A stretch of DNA of 62,666 nucleotides from Cyanophora paradoxa CCMP329 (lineage: Eukaryota > Plantae > Glaucophyta): NCBI GenBank assembly GCA_004431415.1, contig QPMI01000329.1, positions 1 through 62,666 on the forward strand. Direction: 5' to 3'. Under the pieces are notes generated by a model that saw only the letters and a program-made list of their open reading frames with translations, was not told the DNA's origin and did not search any database. A program made the position numbers and the translations under genes. Position 1 is the first letter of the stretch. Each line of letters begins with the position of its first letter. Of the stretch, positions 13,401-20,385 are shown piece by piece.

Positions 13401-14506
13401 TCAGGGATTACGGTTTTATCGTCTTTCCCAATTGTTACCATTCCCAAGCGTAGCGGTTCGAGAATCTTTGTAACCACTTCCGCGAAAGACACACCCCAAT
13501 CATCCCCTTCAACTGGCGGGCGCCCCCGAACCATCGTAAATAATCCCTCGTATGACCAATCCACTTTCTTGTATTTTCCCTTTTCTTTTGCTTTCGCATA
13601 CGCTGGTGTGAACTGCTGAATAAGAACATCAAACACACACTTCCCGACTTTGAACGCATTGCCTCTAAGAAACATGTCCTGAAAAGTCTTCGCCTCAGGA
13701 TTCATTGCGTAGCGCAAGTAGTTCGAAATGATCATAGGCGCGTGCGTATTGTCCCGAAGAATTTGCTCATTTCTTGGGATGTGCGTTTGGTTATCGGTAG
13801 TAATGATTCGCTCGATTGTCATGATCTCAGGGTAAATGTCCATTTCGACATGGCGAAGGTAACGGAAATCTTGGTTTTGCTTGTTGAAATCGATCACTTG
13901 GAAAATGAAATCGTAGATACGTTCACCCGTCACACAAGGGAATGTGTTAAACGTTCCAAGAATCAGATTAGATGCAACAAGGAAGGCTTCTTTTGTGCAT
14001 TGAACAGCGAGGGGGCGATTGTTGCGAACTCGCTTCGCTTCGATATACGTAATTCCATTCTCGGGGTCGACGACCCGGTTTACGTGCGCGGGGGCTGCCT
14101 CGCCCTCCCTCAATTCCCGAAAGAGTCGAATGTGAATTGTGACCATGTTACCGGGCGAGTTTACAATGAACTCGCGAAGGTCGGTTTTCATCCGATTGAA
14201 CGGATTCGTGTGTGTCTTTGTGTTTCTCTCTGGTCGCTGATTCACCAACTCCTGCGGAACATCAATACGACCCAAGCGGTTAATTTCATCTTCTGTGTTT
14301 TGCTGAGCCTCACCTCTCGCAATGATATCATCAATTGAGAATTCGATGTCGTTTAGTGCGCTTAGTCTCGGTCGTCTGACGAAGGCAAAGTGACCGAATG
14401 CGTTAAATTGCTCTTCATTCATAAACCCATTTCCAAGAGCATAACCAAGCTTCGAAAGAATACTCGCTCTCTTCTTCGCGGATTGGATACTAACTGCGCG
14501 AGGCAT
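10421..14506 (-). CDS. Family B (protein-primed type) DNA polymerase fused to an SF1 (Pif1/RecD-like) helicase, with a possible N-terminal OTU-like protease and C-terminal HNH-like domain
   Basis: PolB-like motifs A DMCKAYP, B KQILVSNTGQLG, C MNTDCVY. SF1 motifs GVVPGVGKT, IIIDE, GDPFQNPP, AHTCHVIQGDT, YVALTR. C-terminus CGRC...SVDRVNN..AH...NC....CNC. Confidence 0.85.
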   Translation of the reverse strand: MPRAVSIQSAKKRASILSKLGYALGNGFMNEEQFNAFGHFAFVRRPRLSALNDIEFSIDDIIARGEAQQNTEDEINRLGRIDVPQELVNQRPERNTKTHTNPFNRMKTDLREFIVNSPGNMVTIHIRLFRELREGEAAPAHVNRVVDPENGITYIEAKRVRNNRPLAVQCTKEAFLVASNLILGTFNTFPCVTGERIYDFIFQVIDFNKQNQDFRYLRHVEMDIYPEIMTIERIITTDNQTHIPRNEQILRDNTHAPMIISNYLRYAMNPEAKTFQDMFLRGNAFKVGKCVFDVLIQQFTPAYAKAKEKGKYKKVDWSYEGLFTMVRGRPPVEGDDWGVSFAEVVTKILEPLRLGMVTIGKDDKTVIPELTYHPKTRNKHLVPCVAYVKIENEHMYLLNHNVKSLTQSFNGSKPKDTTLSLGSRYKIIKQRRHKEFASNPDEIVQILNSDTLKNQSKIRICYGAPLDELFTQFVVNHNYQVHATISPMKKITQIHFTIEDKDVVITPPGSDTEVETAFEIQFRNAEYREKFEKLNLAMYRTLINSANKSCYNEQTQTAFKIGSQTALRGLFDLDEQIREEIYYSEDIKEVDMCKAYPHIIANLIEFVPVLSKFDVFKKASIASADEIEEYSFYYVTLNEKYFVKRKDKNGNKFEANTYDRYKRMIVSDRYNVIPGLVLKKHYSDLKDDIRITGVLRPYKLVRNLAGHTVKQVLESDLESTDKKQILVSNTGQLGKQKNSRVKTTVFNKRDDAIEFQKQHGGEVKIYFLGKDPTTYDPTTFVMSECDMTEPHVYYVNQVSEKQLIDGFLPFHNLMYSLMRMCMYEKCIELAKLQIYPLAMNTDCVYAIGSMESVDFNRNAFENIGRFSVKPCRNFYKKFVGEKKDLEYKRIRCGRFERSEDFVKIQEFGFQRHTVTDEFNTLAICDLLATQKRWVLLGVVPGVGKTYMTIEYGKRFKNPLFIVPTNKRVKEMKEQGLKNVKTIYDALHLKIDESAMDEIVGGNSAGLVEYDCIIIDEICQFKIGELSALDHIMSVQFPDKDYIATGDPFQNPPIQDMTVDQKEYYLDILHRLFENELLLQVNKRHESVEDRRTVEKIHTDLFEKGLSVSDVIEKYQFKRVDTLEKTDVAIVYTNRKGAEVNLNLHRMNYGEDVPIFASGVKIVAKTRMVKNGYTIHNGFTYNIVNFSEKEFVIEDVASGEHIKLESDAVKHFALSYAHTCHVIQGDTIRCEGNRVVVFEAGAPFVSKEWLYVALTRTTRLSDVVIYHNGYEYADWIVYKRDGNEKIATYKDQDRIANRLYDDKDYITWDWIKKRYGKQYGHCGRCYDALDFADISVDRVNNAVAHITKNCFLSHIKCNCAAQ

Positions 14507-14545
14507 TTCGTTGGCGCTTTTCTTATTCTATACAAATAAATTTAT

Positions 14546-14580
14546 TCTTTAAGTGATTTTATTTTACGGCGTCATTTTTT
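14546..14580 (-). promoter_or_regulatory. Putative viral promoter (AAAAAATGACG plus ACTTAAAGA) upstream of the pol-helicase gene
   Basis: The same two motifs recur at 15074-15084 and 15031-15039. The first also recurs at 19388-19398. Each lies upstream of a minus-strand gene. Confidence 0.55.
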
Positions 14581-14741
14581 GACCGTTGCATTTTAGCGAT
14601 CAGACAAGAAAATTAGAAAAATAACAAAGGGTCGACCATCATACAATGGTTCTAAAAATAATACAAACAAGATTTATTACGATTAAGCGCGGTTGCGCTC
14701 GCGCTGGGTTCTCAGGGCAAACGCGCTGAGAAAAAACAATT

Positions 14742-14996
14742 TCAGAAGTAGATCGAAGGGCGCCCCCGATTTGAGTGCGGAACCCCATAAAGGTATTTAA
14801 TGTAACACACCGCGTTCGCGACGTATTGGCGTTGTGAACTATCGACTATCTTCATCGCTCGGTAACACTCGTCGGTGTCGTATAATTCCTTCATCTGTTT
14901 CGAAAGTCTGTTGCTATACTTTTTCAGATACTCACGACCCTTTTCGGTCTTGCGGTAACGGTAAATTGCGCGCTTCTGTGCTTCGCTAATCGGCAT
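14742..14996 (-). CDS. Small basic hypothetical protein (84 aa, MPISEAQKRAIYRY...), possibly DNA-binding
   Basis: ATG preceded by the shared promoter-like motifs; K/R/Y-rich helical sequence. Confidence 0.6.
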   Translation of the reverse strand: MPISEAQKRAIYRYRKTEKGREYLKKYSNRLSKQMKELYDTDECYRAMKIVDSSQRQYVANAVCYIKYLYGVPHSNRGRPSIYF

Positions 14997-15333
14997 CGTG
15001 CTTTGTCCTCTTCTGTTATATAACAAGAAATCTTTAAGTCCTTTTTGTTGTTGGTATATACTTTTTGAAATGCCGTCATTTTTTGCACCGTTTTGAAAGA
15101 AAGATGCCGGAAAAATAAATCGAAGTGTCCCCGATTGTCTACTTGTCGGTCGCAAGTTTCCACGAATGAACCCCGTAGAACAGGTGATAAAAGCGCGATA
15201 TACATGGATATCACATTTTTCTACAACGCCACCCAAAAAAAAATGAGTAACGTGAGCCTACGCGAATGGATTGTTTACGTAGCGCTACATTTGAACAAGA
15301 AATTTTTTAACGGTAAAATGATCATTAAGGGTT

Positions 15334-16092
15334 TTAAAACCTCCGGTAACCGGGGCGGATCCCAAGTTTTGCGAACCCCGAAACCATGGGGGCGGCGGAG
15401 GGAACCGATGTAATGGGGTCGGCTTGCGAAGTGGCGACCCGAAGTAAACTCTTATTCATTACCGGTAAATCGGTCTTGTTACTCTCCGCGTAATCGATGG
15501 TCTTAGCGATTAATTCAATTGGTGTATTTTGCGCGGTTGTGATTGGATCGGGAAGAACGTCGAACGTGACATCCGGTTTCTTTTCGACCTTCTCTTTCGT
15601 GATCTGCTGTTCGAGAATCTTGTTCTCTAACGCGGACTCGTTCGCAATCCCTTGAACCATTTTTTTGGCGTCCTGGTATTTGACCGATTTAAGACCGCCC
15701 GTTTTCAAGCGGATAAAGTAACGATTGCGGTTATCCTTCTCAGAGTATGTCGAATAAAGTCGCTCGCCGCCATCGAGAAGCTTTAAAAGCGTGGCGGATG
15801 GTAAAAGTTTCTCTTTGGTCTTCTCTCTGAAATGCTTTCGCTTCTTGGGCATTCGATTCAGTGGAACCTGGTCAATCAAAGCGTTATCGTCGTTCGCATT
15901 ATCGGTTGGTGTTGCTGTGTGCTGGTTCATCATTTTGTGGATGTCCTTGTCAAGATCACCTGTTCCAAGTGCTGCTGTTCCTTTGGATTTCTTGCCCCAA
16001 TTCCTTCCTGTCTTTCCCTCTGTTATCCTATCTGCATCTGCAACTGGTTTAGCCAAGAAATTCTTGGGTTGGGTTTTCCTGGATCCTGACAT
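15334..16092 (-). CDS. Lysine-rich hypothetical protein (252 aa), possible virion core protein
   Basis: Long ORF 24 bp downstream of the minor capsid gene on the same strand. Function is inferred from position and composition only. Confidence 0.7.
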   Translation of the reverse strand: MSGSRKTQPKNFLAKPVADADRITEGKTGRNWGKKSKGTAALGTGDLDKDIHKMMNQHTATPTDNANDDNALIDQVPLNRMPKKRKHFREKTKEKLLPSATLLKLLDGGERLYSTYSEKDNRNRYFIRLKTGGLKSVKYQDAKKMVQGIANESALENKILEQQITKEKVEKKPDVTFDVLPDPITTAQNTPIELIAKTIDYAESNKTDLPVMNKSLLRVATSQADPITSVPSAAPMVSGFAKLGIRPGYRRF

Positions 16093-16116
16093 TTGATATA
16101 TGCAAAGATATATTTT

Positions 16117-17010
16117 TTACAGATATGACCTACAAAATGGAATGAATGCCTCTTCGAAATCTTGTATCACCTTTTGAAGGGATCTCTTGGTTAGTTCCTT
16201 CTCATCCTCAGTCACAACTTCCAATGTCATACTCCAATCAGTTGTAATGTCTGCTGTGTTACCATTCCAATAAGAAAGTCTTACATCCATTGCTTCAAGT
16301 TCCACCAAGCCATTCTGTTCATGGGTGATCATTGCATTATTTGAAGAATCATATCTAAGCAAACTACCAACTGTCTTGTCAATCTCAATTTTAGCAAGAG
16401 CATTATTGTCTTTAATGTTATTGCTCACATACTTGCCTTTCAGTTGTGCAATGTGAAGTAGTAGGTATGAATTAAATAGAAGGTCTAATGGTATTTCACT
16501 GTCTATGTAGTGTGTGTATGTGTATGATCCAATGGTAACACTCCCATCTAAAAGTGTTGAGGGGTATACTTTGTTTGCATCTTTAAACCCAAGGAAATTT
16601 GCAAGAATCTTACTTCCAATAGTGATGCTGAATTCAACTTCACACATTAATCTTAAAAACATAGTAATGGGATCATAAGTAACATAGAAGTGTTTGGTGT
16701 AGGTTCCACTGGGACTTTGGGAATAGTTCTGTGATCCAATCTTAGCAATTAGGTAATTCACTAAACTGTCTGTTGTGTATGAACCTTTTGCAATAATATT
16801 ATGTCTGTTCTTTGTGCTTCCTGCTGCATCTTTGGTAGATGTGGTAAGTGATCCTGCTTCTGCAAGGTTGTAAATGTTATTGAACATTTCGAAATTGGTA
16901 ACTCTGCATGCTTTTACCTTTTGAATTGCATGGGGAAGTTTGTAGAGAAATTCGGATGGAGTTCCGTTTTCGCGATCTCTCGAATCAATATTAATATAAT
17001 AACGCGTCAT
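16117..17010 (-). CDS. Minor capsid (penton-like, single jelly-roll) protein
   Basis: N-terminal YINIDSRDR...PSEFLYKL and C-terminal MDVRLSYWNG....DWSMTLEV patterns are typical of PLV/NCLDV pentons. Divergent from the MCP gene. Confidence 0.8.
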   Translation of the reverse strand: MTRYYINIDSRDRENGTPSEFLYKLPHAIQKVKACRVTNFEMFNNIYNLAEAGSLTTSTKDAAGSTKNRHNIIAKGSYTTDSLVNYLIAKIGSQNYSQSPSGTYTKHFYVTYDPITMFLRLMCEVEFSITIGSKILANFLGFKDANKVYPSTLLDGSVTIGSYTYTHYIDSEIPLDLLFNSYLLLHIAQLKGKYVSNNIKDNNALAKIEIDKTVGSLLRYDSSNNAMITHEQNGLVELEAMDVRLSYWNGNTADITTDWSMTLEVVTEDEKELTKRSLQKVIQDFEEAFIPFCRSYL

Positions 17011-17062
17011 TCTGTTTATTATTGTAATTTAAAAATTTCTTGTTGTATTGTAAACAGCGAAA

Positions 17063-18289
17063 ATGGCGCTAAGTGGAACAACTCTTAAAGAACTACTTGT
17101 GACTCCCGGTTCGGATCAAGTGTATTTATCTCCTGGTCTTCAAATCGGAACCAATCCCAAGTATAAACCGTTTTTAGAGCAAGTCCGCCCTCGTGGTAAC
17201 ACTTTCGGATTCAAAACAACCGCTTACTTTGATCTACCGCGTAAGCAACTTCTGAGCGGTGTTAGTCTCAATTTTAAGGTCACAACGGGTGGCGCCGTTC
17301 AATGCGTAATGCCCAATGGTGGTTCGTCGTTTATTTCCGAAGTCCGCTTCGTTCACGGTGGGTTTAAATACATTATTCCCGGCGATTGGATTACAGTTAA
17401 TGCGCTCGTCGATAACGACCACGCCACAATGGCGAGCATGTTTGTTTCGCTGGGTTACTACTCTGAGAACAACCGAAACAGCACCGATAAGACCTGGGAA
17501 TATGTCGTTAAAATTCCGGCGCAATTCTGGGATGATGCGTATTTCCCACTTTGCGTTCTTGCCGATATGCCTACGATTGAGGTCGACTTCCGCGAAGCTG
17601 CGGTAGTTCAGGTTCCCGAGGGCGGAAAGGTTGCTATGAACGACTGCGCCCTCATCTGTCAATTCGTTAACATCGCCTCCCCCGAGGCGGAAGCGCTACT
17701 GAAAATGGCGAACGAACAAGGGGGCATTCGCATCCCAATTACCGAAGTGATTCAGAAGCGAACTCGATCTCTCAAAACCGCCGATGCGGGTGAATCTGTC
17801 GAGGTTTCGCTTGCGAATGTTTCCGGTCTTGTTCACAGCATTCTCATGACAGTGCGCGAAGTGAACAAACTTAACAAATACACGCATTCAGATTTCGAGG
17901 GTTACGAAGGAAATGTTAGGATTGATCAATTCCAAATCTTCCACAATAACCGTTCTCTTGACATCTCGAACCGACCGATTAGCGGGTTCCTTTCGGCTGT
18001 GAACCACATCCCCTCGCATTACAAGGGAACTACCGTAGGTAATGTAAACTTCGGATTCCAAGGCGGCAATGTTTACGGGATCGTTCTTTCGAAGTCCGGT
18101 AAGGATTCCCTGCACAACTCTGTCATGGGTTACCAAGATTTCTTCAACTCTTCGAGTTCCTACATGGATCTCACAGTTTCCGGTTGCACTGATGCTGCAC
18201 CTGTTGTTGTTGACATTTACGCACTTCGCCACAACGTTCTCGTTCTCAACGGCTATAATATTTCTACGCTTAAAGTAAGTAACTTCTAA
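17063..18289 (+). CDS. Major capsid protein (double jelly-roll), 408 aa
   Basis: Size, beta-rich pattern (FDLP..LLSGVSLNFKV, SFISEVRFVHGG, YVVKIP, YFPLCVL..IEVDF) and position between the penton and ATPase genes. Confidence 0.8.
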   Translation: MALSGTTLKELLVTPGSDQVYLSPGLQIGTNPKYKPFLEQVRPRGNTFGFKTTAYFDLPRKQLLSGVSLNFKVTTGGAVQCVMPNGGSSFISEVRFVHGGFKYIIPGDWITVNALVDNDHATMASMFVSLGYYSENNRNSTDKTWEYVVKIPAQFWDDAYFPLCVLADMPTIEVDFREAAVVQVPEGGKVAMNDCALICQFVNIASPEAEALLKMANEQGGIRIPITEVIQKRTRSLKTADAGESVEVSLANVSGLVHSILMTVREVNKLNKYTHSDFEGYEGNVRIDQFQIFHNNRSLDISNRPISGFLSAVNHIPSHYKGTTVGNVNFGFQGGNVYGIVLSKSGKDSLHNSVMGYQDFFNSSSSYMDLTVSGCTDAAPVVVDIYALRHNVLVLNGYNISTLKVSNF

Positions 18290-18339
18290 GCGAGTGGTGT
18301 GGGTTATTGGCTTAATCGTTTTTTTATGGGATTACTGTA

Positions 18340-19097
18340 ATGGATAACACAGTAGACCTAAACGATATACCGGAATTCGAGCCGAACAGAACAATTAAAA
18401 TACCTACGCGAATCTTAAATTGTGGACGCTCCAACACTGGTAAGACAATGTTCACTAAATATTTACTTTACGAATTACGCGATAAAATCGATCAGATCGT
18501 AGTTTTTAGTTCGACTGCGTTTACGGGTCAATTTAGAGACATCACCCATCCCGATAATATTTACGAGGAATGGAATGATGATTTAGTTTTAAGATTGATC
18601 AGCATGCAAAAAAAAGAATCGAGAACAACGAGAAACGCCACAATTTAGTTTTGATTCTTGATGACATGATAGGTTCCACACTGGACATGCATAATAATGC
18701 TGTGTTATCTAAATTGGTAACGAGTGGACGCCATTATTCGATTTCGGTTATTTTTAATGTCCAACGTATATGTTCTATTTCTACTACCATTCGTCGTAAT
18801 GTGGAATTCGTTGTATTTTTTAATATTCTTGGGAACGAAAAAGAGTTTAACTGCGCTTACGATGAATACAATGGTGGAATGGATAAGAAAACTTACAAAG
18901 AATTACATCGCCTGTGGGGATATAATTATCAAACTGTAATCGCAAGTTTGCAAGGTTATGACATAAAAACTTACACAGATCGCGCGATTTTGACAGATGA
19001 TGACATGAACGGTTTTAGGAAGTTTATGAGACGAAGAGCGATAAAAAGGAGTGGTGGAGCGAGAATTAGTAGGGAACCGACAACGATTACAGTTTAG
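18340..19097 (+). CDS. A32/FtsK-HerA family genome-packaging ATPase, split by a 1-bp frameshift in the A-run near 18610
   Basis: Walker A GRSNTGKT, Walker B LILDD, and SGRHYSISVIFNVQ. One extra A joins the two track ORFs (MQKKRIENNEKRHNLVLILDD). Confidence 0.92.
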
Positions 19098-19359
19098 GAT
19101 TGCTTTTTGGCTTCGAGTTTCATTCTCAGTCTCAGTCTTGCGAAGTTGGAATCGTGGCGGGCTTCCGCTAATTTGAGGTTTTCATGATACGTATACGAGC
19201 GTTCAGCGTTCAAGTCTTTCTGGCGGAACTCTGAACTTGCGAAAGATTGCAACCGGTTAAACGTGTGAATGCGCGACGCCCGATTTCTTTGTTTTTCTCG
19301 TCTTCTGAAAGATCAAGGTTGACCCCGATAAGATCGAAATATTCTTTTGGGATACTCAT
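19094..19359 (-). CDS. Small hypothetical protein (about 88 aa, MSIPKEYFDL...MKLEAKKQS), needs +1 A in an A-run; not in the ORF track
   Basis: Manual translation. AAAAAATGACG lies about 29 nt upstream, and the stop overlaps the ATPase stop. Confidence 0.4.
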
Positions 19360-19410
19360 GGTTAGCAATCATTTTTTCGGTGCAACGCGTCATTTTTTGC
19401 CCTTGAAGGG

Positions 19411-19535
19411 GTGGTTGCGCGACCAAAAAAATGGTTGCGGGGTGGTTGCGCGACCTGGTTGCGGTGGTTGCGCGACCTGGTTGCGATGGTTGCGCAACCA
19501 AAAAAAATGGTTGCGCGACCAAAACAAATGGTTGC
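19411..19535 (-). repeat. Subterminal GGTTGCGC-based short repeats, right, abutting the TIR
   Basis: Imperfect reverse complement of 9231-9350. Confidence 0.85.
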
Positions 19536-19844
19536 GGGGGAAACGATGTAAAATTTCGGGGGCATGGCGGCGAATTTCATGTTTTTGTCGATGCAATGAA
19601 TAAAAGCGTATTGCGCGTATAGTCTTACTGAGTCTTACTGAGATTTTCGGGTGAGTATCGGGATTATCGGGATTATCGAGATTAAATAGATCGTGGGTTA
19701 ATCTATCGATACATTACGATAAATTTCGATTTTATCGATTCTATTACTGAGTCTTACTGAGATTTTCGGAAGAATCGGTTTATTATCGGGATTATCGGGG
19801 GAATTTGGGTTTTATTTTTTGGGGGCATGGCGCCACGCTGAGCT
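19536..19844 (-). repeat. Right terminal inverted repeat (309 bp)
   Basis: Reverse complement of 8230-8538; no mismatch noticed by eye. Confidence 0.96.
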
Positions 19845-20091
19845 TGGGGACCCCTGTGAAATTTCGGGGGGCAATCGGGGAAGCCCCGCACCCAACCTTG
19901 AAACTAGAAAACTAACACCCCTCCCTATCATGCAAACCTGCCAGAGTGCTCTGGCGGATCCCAGCACTCCCTGCCTGCTGTTTCATGTGGGTGGGGACCC
20001 CTGTGAGATTTCGGGGGGCGATGGGGGCAGCCCCGAACCCAACCTCAAAACTAGAAAACTCACACCCCTCCCTATCATGCAAACCTGCCAG
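19845..20091 (+). repeat. 147-bp satellite, about 1.7 monomers
   Basis: Continues the monomer interrupted at 8229. Confidence 0.95.
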
Positions 20092-20226
20092 TGTTAGCCC
20101 CCCCCCCCTATGACTCTTGTCCCTTGGGTCTTGCCCCTTCAGAGAGTGTCTTGTCTTTTCGTCTTGTTTTTGTCAAAAAGAACTATTTCAACTCTTCAAA
20201 TTACCACTGTAAGCTCTTCGCTTACA
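20092..20226 (+). repeat. 5' LTR (about 135 bp, TG...CA) of Ty3/Gypsy family 1, followed by PBS TGGTAGCA (20229-20236)
   Basis: Runs tgttagccc...cttaca. The same sequence follows a polypurine tract at 57460. The PBS resembles the complement of an initiator tRNA-Met 3' end. Confidence 0.85.
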
Positions 20227-20385
20227 AGTGGTAGCATCGGATCTCACGATCCTTTGCTTGATTCTCCAAAAATTTCACATTACAACCTCAGGCAAACCCT
20301 TGTGCGATTACAGCGCATTAATTTGGACACCGTGGAACAAGATATAGAAGTAGAAGTTGAAGACGATCAGGAAGACGAAGACGAA

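Larger units (their letters stand above)
8230..19844. mobile_element. Complete Polinton/Maverick-like endogenous DNA virus, 11,615 bp
   Basis: 309-bp TIRs; termini 5'-AG...CT-3'; 6-bp TSD TGGGGA at 8224-8229 and 19845-19850; satellite resumes in register after the element; integrase, PolB, capsid and ATPase genes inside. Confidence 0.95.

Noticed and set aside
10547-14338. Plus-strand ORFs overlapping the pol-helicase gene, and similar antisense ORFs over other genes
   Set aside because: Antisense shadows of a well-supported gene, with no recognisable motifs.
18600-18660. Programmed frameshift or two separate ATPase genes
   Set aside because: The break lies in an A homopolymer and the window shows many homopolymer indels, so sequencing error is the simpler explanation.
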